A DNA stretch of 62,693 nt, counting the filler, from Bdellovibrionota bacterium (GTDB taxonomy: Bacteria > Bdellovibrionota > Bdellovibrionia > Bdellovibrionales > JAEYZS01), in NCBI GenBank assembly GCA_963169515.1. It is 4 parts of 4 records of this genome, joined end to end, with 100 filler letters (N's around TTAATTAATTAA, not from the genome) between each part and the next. Parts side by side here need not be neighbours in the genome. Positions count along the whole stretch, not along the records: positions 1 to 15,989 come from CAUJEF010000056.1; 3 more parts are not named here. One strand, given 5' to 3'. Under the pieces are notes generated by a model. That model searched no databases, was not told where the DNA came from, and saw only the letters and a program-made list of their open reading frames with translations. Below, piece by piece: positions 1-9,361 of this stretch. How positions within the stretch are numbered: the first letter of the stretch is position 1; each line of letters opens with the position of its first letter. Position numbers and translations under genes: made by a program.

Positions 1-919
1 CTGGGAATTGGCTTGAGAGGACAAGACTCACAATTAAACTCATCAATTGTGCAAAGCGGATTTGATTGTCACCGAAGCCATCGCTTGTTGCCATACGCGT
101 GGACATAACGCCGAAGAAACTTCCACGTTTATACACAGGGCACACAATTAATGAATTGAAGGCAATTTTTTGAAAGTTCTTTTTAATTTCCGCCAAATTT
201 GGATCCTTATCCAAATTCTCAACCACAACTGGCTCTTCCGTGTTCATCACATGAACAACCTCAGGATAACGGTTCAAATCAATTTGGAGTGATTTTAACT
301 TTATATCATCGCTTGAAGCACGCACCCAAGCATCCAAACGATTTTCATGGGTTTCAATAATCGAACATCGAACTGCTTCTAAAGTCAGTCCCAACATTTT
401 TGTCATGTTATGAAGAACTTCATTGAACGGCTTTGTCGTATTCGCTTCCTTCAGCACAAAGGCAAAAAGATGCAGATAAAGTTCGCCACCTTCGAGCAAA
501 GTCTGATCCTCTTTATCAACAGCAATAACCTTACGCTTCTTTTGTGCATGAAATATTAACCTAGAAAAAACATCTTCAAATTTGAATGGTTTAATGATGT
601 AGTCCGATGCGCCGGCCTTGATGCAATCTTTGACATTTGTAACATTGTTGTGCCGTGACGTAACTAAAACCTTTATTTTGCGTTTTTTTAGTTCTTCATT
701 GGCATTCACAAACTGTAACAGTTGAATCGCATTAAACTCAGGCATAAGCAGATCATAAAAAACAAATTTAGGCTTCCACTCAACCAGGGTGGTCTTACAC
801 TCTTCCGCCGTCGCAACAACACGCACTTCAAAACCCCGCTCTTTCAAAAAATCTTGAAAGCGACGCGCAGTCTGAATGTCATCGTCACAGATTAGTACCG
901 TGTATTCCGGGTTTCCCAT
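1..919 (-). CDS. Response regulator, receiver + GAF domain (3' end runs off the window)
   Basis: Manual translation from ATG 919: MGNPEYTVLICDDD...FVFYDLLMP...GASDYIIKPF (receiver), then AVRCSII...RYPEVVHVMNTEEPVVVEN...SLIVCPVYKRGSFFGVM (GAF-like). Open to position 1; absent from the ORF track. Confidence 0.85.
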   Translation of the reverse strand, partial: MGNPEYTVLICDDDIQTARRFQDFLKERGFEVRVVATAEECKTTLVEWKPKFVFYDLLMPEFNAIQLLQFVNANEELKKRKIKVLVTSRHNNVTNVKDCIKAGASDYIIKPFKFEDVFSRLIFHAQKKRKVIAVDKEDQTLLEGGELYLHLFAFVLKEANTTKPFNEVLHNMTKMLGLTLEAVRCSIIETHENRLDAWVRASSDDIKLKSLQIDLNRYPEVVHVMNTEEPVVVENLDKDPNLAEIKKNFQKIAFNSLIVCPVYKRGSFFGVMSTRMATSDGFGDNQIRFAQLMSLIVSLVLSSQFP

Positions 920-1072
920 ACGTGACTTTATCGGCTCTGTTCTTCAATGTTAAGAGTCTAAATCTTTGATTTTAATGCGAAATAGCTGTCCACCATTTAT
1001 AATTCTATAAACTAAAAATAACCCGGACTTGGGTATGGCCAGCACGTCGGGAGTTATGGTAATCCTGTCTGT

Positions 1073-1708
1073 ATGGCATTTATTGTTTTTGAAGGCGTAG
1101 ACGGTGCCGGCAAAACCACGCTCATCACGAGGTTGGCTGAACACCTAAAATCAAAATCGATCCCCTATGTTTTAACCCGTGAGCCGGGGGGCACTCCTTT
1201 GGGCGAGGAAATTCGAAAGCTTCTACTCAGGACCGATGGCGAGGTTCCCAACCCCCGAACCGAGTTGTTACTGTACGAAGCAATTCGTGCACAGCACGTT
1301 GAAAGCCTTATTCGTCCTGCGCTAAGTGAAAACAAGTGGATCGTTTGTGACCGCTATGCTTCAAGCTCTATTGCATTTCAAAGCTCTGGACGTCAGTTAG
1401 AAGAAGCTGATATCGTCACGCTCAATGATTTTGCGACAGCTCAGCTGTATCCTGATTTGACAGTGCTTCTTGACCTTTCAGCGGAGGAAAGCGTGAGCCG
1501 ACGCGCAAAACGCGAACGAGAAACCAATCAAGATGCCGACCGTTTTGAAAGGGAAAAATTAGAATTTCACCAACGCGTGCGACAAAGCTATCTCAAACAG
1601 GCAAAAGATAATCCCGAAAGATGGCTTGTACTGGATGCCACTCAAATGCCCGAGGATTTATTTAAAAAGCTACTTATATCTTTGAAAGAGAAAAAATGGC
1701 TCGCTTAA
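1073..1708 (+). CDS. tmk: Thymidylate kinase
   Basis: FEGVDGAGKTT P-loop, TREPGGT and CDRY motifs. Confidence 0.97.
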   Translation: MAFIVFEGVDGAGKTTLITRLAEHLKSKSIPYVLTREPGGTPLGEEIRKLLLRTDGEVPNPRTELLLYEAIRAQHVESLIRPALSENKWIVCDRYASSSIAFQSSGRQLEEADIVTLNDFATAQLYPDLTVLLDLSAEESVSRRAKRERETNQDADRFEREKLEFHQRVRQSYLKQAKDNPERWLVLDATQMPEDLFKKLLISLKEKKWLA

Positions 1709-2643
1709 TTGATAAAGTTTTAGGACACGACGATATTGCTAAAGGTTTGGTCCAAAGCGTACGAACCAAAAACTTAGCTTCCGCGTACATATTTAGCGGC
1801 CCCACAGGAGTCGGAAAAAAAATCATCGCCTTGGGGGTAGCCCAAGAATTACTCTGTGAAAAAATACCGGCCTGCGGGATATGTCCATCATGTTCTAAAA
1901 TCGAGAACTTTCAACATGAAGAAGTGAAATTTATCGAACCCGATGGCTTGCAAATCAAAATACAGCAAGCACGAGAAATTTTAAATTTTCTTTCGCTACA
2001 AAAATTGGGGCGAGCCCGTATTATTATTTTAAATGACGCCCACTCTTTAAACCCACAAAGCGCCAACCTATTGCTAAAAACACTTGAAGATCCCCCTGCG
2101 GATACCCATTTCTTCTTAATTACCCATTTAGAAAAATCAATTTTACCAACAATTCGGTCGCGCACACAAATTATACGTTTTCCAGTCCTTGATAGAAAAA
2201 GTGTAAAGAAATTAACGTCGGCAGCTGATTGGATGATCACGGCTTCGCAAGGGCGTATGGACATTTTAGAGCAATTTCAAGACACAAAGCACGAGGAGGT
2301 TCGCATATTTGTACTCGAATTCCTAGAATACTTAAATGAAAAATTTGTGCGCGAACCGTTTGTGAAATTAAAAGAACGTCTCGAGGACAAAGAATTGGCC
2401 CTCTTTGCAAGCCTCATACTGCAGCAAATGGTTCGCGATATTTATTTTTTGAAATATGATCTACATCCGCTGATCCATGCGGACCTGGCAGACCGATTGA
2501 AAGTGTTTGCAGAGGCTTCGGATGAAAAAATCATGGCCCTTTTCCAAAATGCGTTTGAAATTGAACGAAATTTATTTTCAAATACGGATCGCAATCTTGT
2601 ATTCGAAAATTTTCTATTACAAAATCAAAAGATTTTGCCCTAA
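1696..2643 (+). CDS. holB: DNA polymerase III delta' subunit
   Basis: GPTGVGK, zinc module CGICPSC, ANLLLKTLEDPP, ILPTIRSR; follows tmk. Confidence 0.93.
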   Translation: MARLIDKVLGHDDIAKGLVQSVRTKNLASAYIFSGPTGVGKKIIALGVAQELLCEKIPACGICPSCSKIENFQHEEVKFIEPDGLQIKIQQAREILNFLSLQKLGRARIIILNDAHSLNPQSANLLLKTLEDPPADTHFFLITHLEKSILPTIRSRTQIIRFPVLDRKSVKKLTSAADWMITASQGRMDILEQFQDTKHEEVRIFVLEFLEYLNEKFVREPFVKLKERLEDKELALFASLILQQMVRDIYFLKYDLHPLIHADLADRLKVFAEASDEKIMALFQNAFEIERNLFSNTDRNLVFENFLLQNQKILP

Positions 2644-2655
2644 TTGGGACAGACT

Positions 2656-3420
2656 ATGTGGATAGACAATCATACCCATATTAATATGCTTAAAGCTTCG
2701 GCAGCCGAAGCAATCGAAGCCGCTAAATCAGTAAATATTGAACGATTTATCAATATTGGGACCCATCCTGACGACATCGAAGCGGTTTATAATACGACAA
2801 AGAAATTCTTCCCGCTGATTCAATGTACACTGGGCCTTCATCCTCACGAAGCAAAACACTACACCAAGGACATTGAAAAAATGATTCGTACCTTTGCTGA
2901 AAGCAAAGAAGTTATCGCCATTGGCGAAATCGGTTTGGATTTTTACTACAACCACTCAGACAAAAATATTCAATTAGATGTTTTTGAAACACAAATGCAA
3001 ATGGCGGCCGATCTTGGATTGCCTGTTGAAATTCATACCCGAGACGCTGAAAAAGAAACAATAGAAATTTTAAAGAAATTTGAAACTGTTAAAGGTGTTA
3101 TCCACTGTTTTACAGGGACCCCCTGGCTTGCCGATGAAGCCATGAGATTGGGTTATAATATTTCAATTAGTGGTATTGTAACATTTCCCAAGGCAAACGA
3201 CTTGCAGGCCACAGTCAAGAACCTTCCTCTTGATCGTATTCATATTGAAACGGATGCACCCTTTTTGGCGCCTGTCCCTATGCGGGGGCGGGAAAACATT
3301 CCAGCATACCTTGCCCATACCGCAAAATTTGTAGCAACCTTAAAAGACGTTTCTGAATCAGAACTTGCTTTGCAATTACAAAAAAATACTACAAAGATTT
3401 TTCCAAAGTTTAAGTTGTAA
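2656..3420 (+). CDS. tatD: TatD family DNase/hydrolase
   Basis: IDNHTH, GLHPH, IGEIGLD, IHTR, HCF, ETDAPFLAP; ATG at 2656. Confidence 0.93.
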   Translation: MWIDNHTHINMLKASAAEAIEAAKSVNIERFINIGTHPDDIEAVYNTTKKFFPLIQCTLGLHPHEAKHYTKDIEKMIRTFAESKEVIAIGEIGLDFYYNHSDKNIQLDVFETQMQMAADLGLPVEIHTRDAEKETIEILKKFETVKGVIHCFTGTPWLADEAMRLGYNISISGIVTFPKANDLQATVKNLPLDRIHIETDAPFLAPVPMRGRENIPAYLAHTAKFVATLKDVSESELALQLQKNTTKIFPKFKL

Positions 3421-3486
3421 TTTAAAGTTGAAAACTGATGTAATTCTCTCTATATTAGGTTCTTAGAAAATTCTAAGGAGTTGTTC

Positions 3487-4485
3487 ATGTTACGTGTTGG
3501 AATTAATGGCTTCGGTCGCATCGGAAGAATTGCATTTCGAGCAGGCTATGGCAAAGTGGATTATGTCGGAATTAACGATTCGTCAAAACTGGATGTGAAC
3601 GCACATCTTTTAAAATATGACTCCACTCATGGTCGCGCCCCCTTTGACGTAAAAACGGATAGCAATTGCCTTGTTGTCGATAATAAAAAAATCCCTGTGT
3701 CGATGACGAGGAAACCAGAAGAAATTCCTTGGACCAGTTGGGAAGCCGAGATGGTTTTTGAATGTACGGGCGCTTTTAAAGATCGTACAGATTTTGAAAA
3801 ACACCTTCAGGGACCAGTTAAACGAGTCGTTGTGTCCGCACCCGCAAAAGGGGCCGACCTGACCGTTGTTTACGGCGTTAACCAGAGCCAGTATGATCCA
3901 AAAAAGCACAAAATTGTTTCAAACGCATCCTGCACGACAAATTGTTTAGCACCTGTTGTAAAAGTTCTTCATGAAGAATTTGGAATTGAAAAGGGCACAA
4001 TGACGACGGTTCATAGCTACACAAATGATCAAAGAATTTTAGATGCAGGACATAGCGATTTACGTCGAGCACGTTCAGCTGCAATCTCAATGATTCCAAC
4101 AACAACCGGGGCCGCAAAAGCTGTTGCAGAGGTCATTCCCGAACTCAAAGGAAAAATTGACGGAACTTCGATTCGAGTTCCAACTCCGGACGTTTCATTG
4201 GTCGATTTTGTGTGCCTTGTGAATAAAAAAGTCACAGTAGAAAATGTTAACGAAGCGCTAATCAAAGCCTCGCAAACAACCCTTAAAGGAATCCTGGCTT
4301 GCGAAAAAGATCCCCTTGTTAGCGTAGACTATATAGGAAATCCTTATAGCTCAATCGTAGATTTACCATCCACGATGGTTATGGGTGGAAACTTAGTAAA
4401 AGTTTTCGCATGGTATGATAATGAAATGGGCTTTTCAAATCGCATGATCGATTTAGCTCTTTTTATGCAACAAAAAGGTCTGTAG
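3487..4485 (+). CDS. gap: Glyceraldehyde-3-phosphate dehydrogenase
   Basis: GINGFGRIGR, ASCTTNCL, WYDNE; AAGGAG SD upstream. Confidence 0.98.
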   Translation: MLRVGINGFGRIGRIAFRAGYGKVDYVGINDSSKLDVNAHLLKYDSTHGRAPFDVKTDSNCLVVDNKKIPVSMTRKPEEIPWTSWEAEMVFECTGAFKDRTDFEKHLQGPVKRVVVSAPAKGADLTVVYGVNQSQYDPKKHKIVSNASCTTNCLAPVVKVLHEEFGIEKGTMTTVHSYTNDQRILDAGHSDLRRARSAAISMIPTTTGAAKAVAEVIPELKGKIDGTSIRVPTPDVSLVDFVCLVNKKVTVENVNEALIKASQTTLKGILACEKDPLVSVDYIGNPYSSIVDLPSTMVMGGNLVKVFAWYDNEMGFSNRMIDLALFMQQKGL

Positions 4486-4487
4486 TA

Positions 4488-5681
4488 ATGACCGGACTAA
4501 AAGGAATTACGTCCATAAAAGAGCTGGACCTAAAAGGGAAAAATATTTTTCTTCGATTGGATTTGAATGCTCCCATCGATGAAGGGAAGATCACCGATAC
4601 AACTCGAATTGATGCCGCAATCCCAACAATAAAATACATATTGGAAAGTAAAGGTCGTCTTGTTATAGGCTCTCATTTAGGCCGGCCCAAAACCGCTGGC
4701 GATAAAAAATTTTCTTTAGAACCTGTGGCTAAAAAACTCAATGAAATTCTAAATGCCGAAGTCATACTTGTTGACGACCCGGAAAGCGACGTACCTAAAT
4801 TGCTGATGCCACAGCTCGACGATCAACAAATTATTCTCTTAGAGAATTTGCGATTTTGTCCCACCGAGGAAAAAAACGGGCCCGAGCTTGCAAAAAAAAT
4901 ATCGTCTTACTGTCAGGTTTATATCAACGACGCCTTTGGGGCGTCTCATCGCGCACACTCAAGCATCGTAGCGCTACCAGAGATGATGTCGCAAAAAGGA
5001 ATTGGTTTTCTAATGGAAAAAGAAATTTCCATGCTAGACACTTTAATGTCTATGACAGAAAAACCCTTCGTCGCAGTCCTTGGCGGCGCAAAAGTAAGCG
5101 ACAAAATTGGAGTTATAGAAAATCTTTTAGATAGGGTCGACACATTTATCATCGGCGGCGCTATGGCGTACACATTTTTAGCCGCAAAAAAAACTCCGGT
5201 AGGCCTATCAAGGGTGGAGACGGAGAAGCTGACCTTTGCCAAAGATTTCCTTGCCCGCTGCCATGGCCGCGACAAAAAAGTTCTGCTGCCTATCGATCAT
5301 GTTATTGCAGAAAAATTTGAGAATCCAAAAAATATTTCTATCGCGGATACAATCCCAGATGGATTTCTCGGGTTAGACATTGGTCCCAAATCAGAAAAGT
5401 TATTTGCAAGCGAGATTGAAAAATCAAAAGTCATTTTTTGGAATGGCCCAATGGGTGTGTTTGAAAATAAAAATTTTTCCAAAGGAACATTTGCTGTTGC
5501 GCAAGCCCTCAGCAATGTTGATGGATTCACATTTGTTGGCGGTGGTGACAGTGCCGCAGCAATACAGGCCTCGGGATATGCAGACAAGGTGTCGCATATC
5601 TCTACAGGAGGGGGCGCCAGTCTCGAATACCTTCAAGGCGACAAACTTCCCGGATTGGAAGTATTGAGAAAGAAAACATGA
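4488..5681 (+). CDS. pgk: Phosphoglycerate kinase
   Basis: RLDLNAP, SHLGRP, GGAKVSDK, WNGPMG, STGGGASL. Confidence 0.98.
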   Translation: MTGLKGITSIKELDLKGKNIFLRLDLNAPIDEGKITDTTRIDAAIPTIKYILESKGRLVIGSHLGRPKTAGDKKFSLEPVAKKLNEILNAEVILVDDPESDVPKLLMPQLDDQQIILLENLRFCPTEEKNGPELAKKISSYCQVYINDAFGASHRAHSSIVALPEMMSQKGIGFLMEKEISMLDTLMSMTEKPFVAVLGGAKVSDKIGVIENLLDRVDTFIIGGAMAYTFLAAKKTPVGLSRVETEKLTFAKDFLARCHGRDKKVLLPIDHVIAEKFENPKNISIADTIPDGFLGLDIGPKSEKLFASEIEKSKVIFWNGPMGVFENKNFSKGTFAVAQALSNVDGFTFVGGGDSAAAIQASGYADKVSHISTGGGASLEYLQGDKLPGLEVLRKKT

Positions 5682-6430
5682 AACGCAGAAAACTTGTTGC
5701 TGGCAATTGGAAAATGAATATGGCCCCATCTGAGGCGAAATCCTATGCCTCGAAATATCCACGCCTATTGAAGCGGGATATGGAAGTAAATATAATTATT
5801 TTCCCCCAAAGTATTTTATTACCTATCTTAATCGACGAATTTAAGAACTCCGGAATTAAATTAGGCAGCCAAAACTGTCATTGGGAATTACAAGGGGCCT
5901 TTACAGGCGAGACATCCCCGCAAACACTAAAACAATTGGGAATCGAGTATTGCCTAGTAGGTCATAGCGAGCGTCGCCATACTTTTGGCGAAACAAATGT
6001 GCAAACCGGAATGAAAGTTCGAACCCTTCACCAGCTGGGGATGACCCCCATTATTTGCGTTGGAGAGACTGTTGGCGAAAGAGAACGGGGGCAAACAGAG
6101 GACATCCTTCGCACCCAGATTGACAGCGCCCTTAAAGATGCCGATCCTAAGAAAACGATCATAGTAGCTTACGAACCTGTTTGGGCTATTGGAACAGGTC
6201 GGGTAGCAACGCCCGACATTGCACAAAAAGCACATGCGGTTTTACGAGAATATTTGAAGCAACGCGGACTCCAAAATACGACGATTCTTTACGGGGGCAG
6301 CGTGAAGCCGGATAACGTAGCAACACTGGTTAGCTGTCCGGATATCGACGGATTTTTAGTTGGCGGCGCCTCGCTTGAGCCAGAAGAGTTTGCAAACATC
6401 TGTTTGCTTACCCTAAATGCGTCGCGTTAA
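5678..6430 (+). CDS. tpiA: Triosephosphate isomerase
   Basis: AGNWKMN, GHSERR, AYEPVWAIGTG, LVGGASL. Confidence 0.98.
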   Translation: MKRRKLVAGNWKMNMAPSEAKSYASKYPRLLKRDMEVNIIIFPQSILLPILIDEFKNSGIKLGSQNCHWELQGAFTGETSPQTLKQLGIEYCLVGHSERRHTFGETNVQTGMKVRTLHQLGMTPIICVGETVGERERGQTEDILRTQIDSALKDADPKKTIIVAYEPVWAIGTGRVATPDIAQKAHAVLREYLKQRGLQNTTILYGGSVKPDNVATLVSCPDIDGFLVGGASLEPEEFANICLLTLNASR

Positions 6431-6509
6431 CCCTTAAATTGAGTGACCACTTTGCCTAGTTTTTTTAATGTAACTTTCTTTGGTTAACTTTAATCGCCGA
6501 GGGTGCCAC

Positions 6510-6851
6510 ATGGGTTTTCTTACCGTCATACACATCATAGTCTGTCTGCTACTTATCGCTCTTGTTCTTTTGCAAGACTCTAAAGGCGCAATGGGGAATA
6601 TGTATGGCGGAAGCGCTTCGTCCTCACTCCTTGGTCCGACCGGCGCACCGAACTTTCTCGCAAAACTTACTCGATGGTGCGCAATTGTTTTTGCCGTGAT
6701 CTGCATTGTCTTATCAAAAATTACTGCGGAAAAAGAAAAAAGTGCTTTGGACACTCTCATTCCGCCATCAATTCCAACAAATTCAGCACCGGTTGCTCCA
6801 GAGGCTCCAAAGACTGACCATGCACCCACAGGAAAGTCTACAAATCCATAA
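6510..6851 (+). CDS. secG: Preprotein translocase subunit SecG
   Basis: Two transmembrane helices, LVLLQDSKG, Gly-rich loop; directly after tpiA. Confidence 0.92.
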   Translation: MGFLTVIHIIVCLLLIALVLLQDSKGAMGNMYGGSASSSLLGPTGAPNFLAKLTRWCAIVFAVICIVLSKITAEKEKSALDTLIPPSIPTNSAPVAPEAPKTDHAPTGKSTNP

Positions 6852-6899
6852 ATCGAAAGTCCGTTTGCGCTCTTACATAGAACATGGTGAACTATAGCC

Positions 6900-7781
6900 A
6901 TGGCACAAAAGATAACTCTGGGCGCAATCCTTATTCTTGGACTTTTAATCATCTTTTACCATGAAGGTGTGATTGAACAGGTACGCACTTGGATTGAGCC
7001 AAAAGACGCTCGCGAAACCATTGCAAAGCTTACGAGTTTCAAAGGCAAAGTGCGTTTCAAACAACCAAAAAGTTTAAAATACAATAACGTAAAAAATGAT
7101 TTATCTCTAAAAAACCAGGACACGCTGACAACCGATATAGACTCTACCGCACGAGTCGTATTTGCCGATGGCTTTGAACTTGAGATCAATCCAAACTCGA
7201 TGATCATTATTGAAAAGCCAAAAGTTTCATCCACAGGCGCTGTACAAATCACTTTCCTTCGCGGGGATTACACTGTTGTTAACGAAGGGTCTGGAGAGGC
7301 TGGGAAAATCGTGATCGCAACAAAAGATAATAAATTTCAGGACGTTGCCGGGCGTCCGCCGCTTGAGCCAATTAAAATCCGAATTCGCGAAGAGCCGCAG
7401 ATTGAAAAAAGCGTAAAGCTAGAGGAAAAAGAACAAAAACCAATTCTGCCACCCGCCCTTGAAAAGCCGACACTTCCAAAAAAGAGGAAAGTTCGAGAAA
7501 CTCTACCGGATGAATATATTGCCAGCGTCGTGAATAACCAGAAGCCATTCTTCAACCGTTGCTATGCCCAACATTTACGGCTTAACCCTGATTCGCGTGG
7601 ACAGATTAATTTGGCCTTTACAATTGATCCTCAGGGCACAGTAACTGCGGTAAATTTAATCAACAGCACAATGGGGGATCCTGCGCTGGACCGCTGTACA
7701 ATGTCGGTGCTTGAGCGATGTCGGTTTCGAACGTATGACGGTGATCCCATCGTCGTAAACTACCCCATCAACTTTGAATAA
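6900..7781 (+). CDS. Membrane-anchored protein, FecR-like domain + C-terminal TonB-C/AgmX-PglI-like domain
   Basis: N-terminal TM; DTLTTDIDSTARVVFADGFELEINPNS (FecR-like); Pro-rich linker; FNRCY...GQINLAFTIDPQGTV...C...VNYPINF. Confidence 0.7.
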   Translation: MAQKITLGAILILGLLIIFYHEGVIEQVRTWIEPKDARETIAKLTSFKGKVRFKQPKSLKYNNVKNDLSLKNQDTLTTDIDSTARVVFADGFELEINPNSMIIIEKPKVSSTGAVQITFLRGDYTVVNEGSGEAGKIVIATKDNKFQDVAGRPPLEPIKIRIREEPQIEKSVKLEEKEQKPILPPALEKPTLPKKRKVRETLPDEYIASVVNNQKPFFNRCYAQHLRLNPDSRGQINLAFTIDPQGTVTAVNLINSTMGDPALDRCTMSVLERCRFRTYDGDPIVVNYPINFE

Positions 7782-8162
7782 TTATATTTCCTTTTTTTCT
7801 TCAGAAAGCAGAATCAGGTGCGCCACAAAATATATGACAGTGGTGAGTCCGCACGAAATAAGGAGCGAACTGAGCGCGAGGGTTCGAACAAGCCCAACTT
7901 CTGCATCGACTTTTTTGGCAAGTTTTAAACACACTCCGAGAATTTTGGGCCTGTTTGCAAACTCGATTTGGTCTTCCCTTGGGAGACTAAAAGCCAATAC
8001 AAAGTAAAACAGGATCGGCACAAAAAGAAAAATGCTCACAATCCAAATCACGCGCATAATCCAGGGTTTAATTCCAAAATGTTTTGCCAAACCAGCACAA
8101 ACGCCAGCGATCCATCCATCTTTTGATCTGACCCAGAGGGGGGCCGATACCATATTGTCCAT
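7782..8162 (-). CDS. Tandem PspC-domain membrane protein
   Basis: Two PspC-like repeats, RSKDGWIAGVCAGLA and KILGVCLKLA. Confidence 0.85.
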   Translation of the reverse strand: MDNMVSAPLWVRSKDGWIAGVCAGLAKHFGIKPWIMRVIWIVSIFLFVPILFYFVLAFSLPREDQIEFANRPKILGVCLKLAKKVDAEVGLVRTLALSSLLISCGLTTVIYFVAHLILLSEEKKEI

Positions 8163-8205
8163 GGACGTAATTTATAATAAGCAAATTAAAATTGGAAGTC
8201 GTTTT

Positions 8206-9348
8206 TTAAGGGCAAATGTGCCCGGTATTCCCACCACACGGAGGCTCACCCTGGTATCGCCACGTGACCTGGGCTTCGCATGAATAAAGATTTGGTGAAG
8301 TCGGCTCTGCTGTACAATCCGGAACTTGATACAAACGATAAAAGAATGTTTGTACCCTATTCGAAGGAGTCGCCACTTTGGCTCGTGAAATTGTGCCCGA
8401 TGTCCCACAGCCAATCGCGATCGAAGAACCAGAGGCAGAGACTTCGTAAATTCGAACAGATTGAGTCGCGTTGTAGAACTGCCATTGTATATCAGCCAAA
8501 CAAGTTGCCGCATCTTCAGAATAGCACGTTGTGGACCCAGGATTTGATGGAATAGTCGCCGTAACCGTGCACCATGGTGGCTGCGGTGGAGGCGTCGGCG
8601 TTGGGGTGGTTGGCACGGGGGTTGGAGTGGGACTCGTCGAGCCATTATTAGAAACCGTATAACTCACTTCACCCGAACACTTTATTGTACTTCCAGTATT
8701 TGTTTTGATTTGTGCAAAACGATTTACTGAACCAGGCGCTCCAAAAACTTCAGAGTAATTTGCGGGTGTATTGGATCCCTGAGCAATTAAAGCCCCATCT
8801 CCGAAAATCTGAGCCTCTAGACCCGAAGGGTCGCTCGTCACCGTATAATTTACTGTTTGACCAACAACAATACTTGCTCCGGTGGCGCGACTTGAGCTCA
8901 AAATACAAGTTGGAAGCACATCGTCTGCAGAGCGAATCGTAAACTGTTGCGGCGGCGATTTGCAGGCACCGGTGCGGCCATTAGAATTCATAACGGATTG
9001 AAATTCATACTGTCCCTCGTCAGTATCTGAAAAATAAAGCTTCTGGACATATTCAGGGGTTCTTACAGAGATGTTATCCTTAACCTTCCCCCCCTTTTTA
9101 ATTACGAAATACCCAACCGAACCGCTGGGGTTTGAAGAGCTGATAAAGTTCACCACTTCGCCCGGCTTAAAAATATTATCCTTTTGACCGCTAGAATTAA
9201 AAATATCGGCAGAACATGAATTTACACTTTTACCATTCGAATCATCAATCAATAGGGATCCCGTATCTTGTGCACAGTTCTGAAATGTCATCACGATCGT
9301 GATCGAAAGGGCTGCAATTGATAATAGAATAAGAAACCTTTTCATCAC
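8206..9348 (-). CDS. Putative surface lipoprotein (FQNC signal) with beta domains, Pro/Thr linker and Cys-rich C-terminus
   Basis: Signal ending MTFQNC; TPTPVPTTPTPTPPP linker; paralogous to the adjacent gene. Confidence 0.75.
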   Translation of the reverse strand: MMKRFLILLSIAALSITIVMTFQNCAQDTGSLLIDDSNGKSVNSCSADIFNSSGQKDNIFKPGEVVNFISSSNPSGSVGYFVIKKGGKVKDNISVRTPEYVQKLYFSDTDEGQYEFQSVMNSNGRTGACKSPPQQFTIRSADDVLPTCILSSSRATGASIVVGQTVNYTVTSDPSGLEAQIFGDGALIAQGSNTPANYSEVFGAPGSVNRFAQIKTNTGSTIKCSGEVSYTVSNNGSTSPTPTPVPTTPTPTPPPQPPWCTVTATIPSNPGSTTCYSEDAATCLADIQWQFYNATQSVRIYEVSASGSSIAIGCGTSGTISRAKVATPSNRVQTFFYRLYQVPDCTAEPTSPNLYSCEAQVTWRYQGEPPCGGNTGHICP

Positions 9349-9361
9349 ACATTCCTAATTA

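Noticed and set aside
6852..6899. tRNA-Leu often found after secG
   Set aside because: Only 48 nt, with no cloverleaf or T-loop
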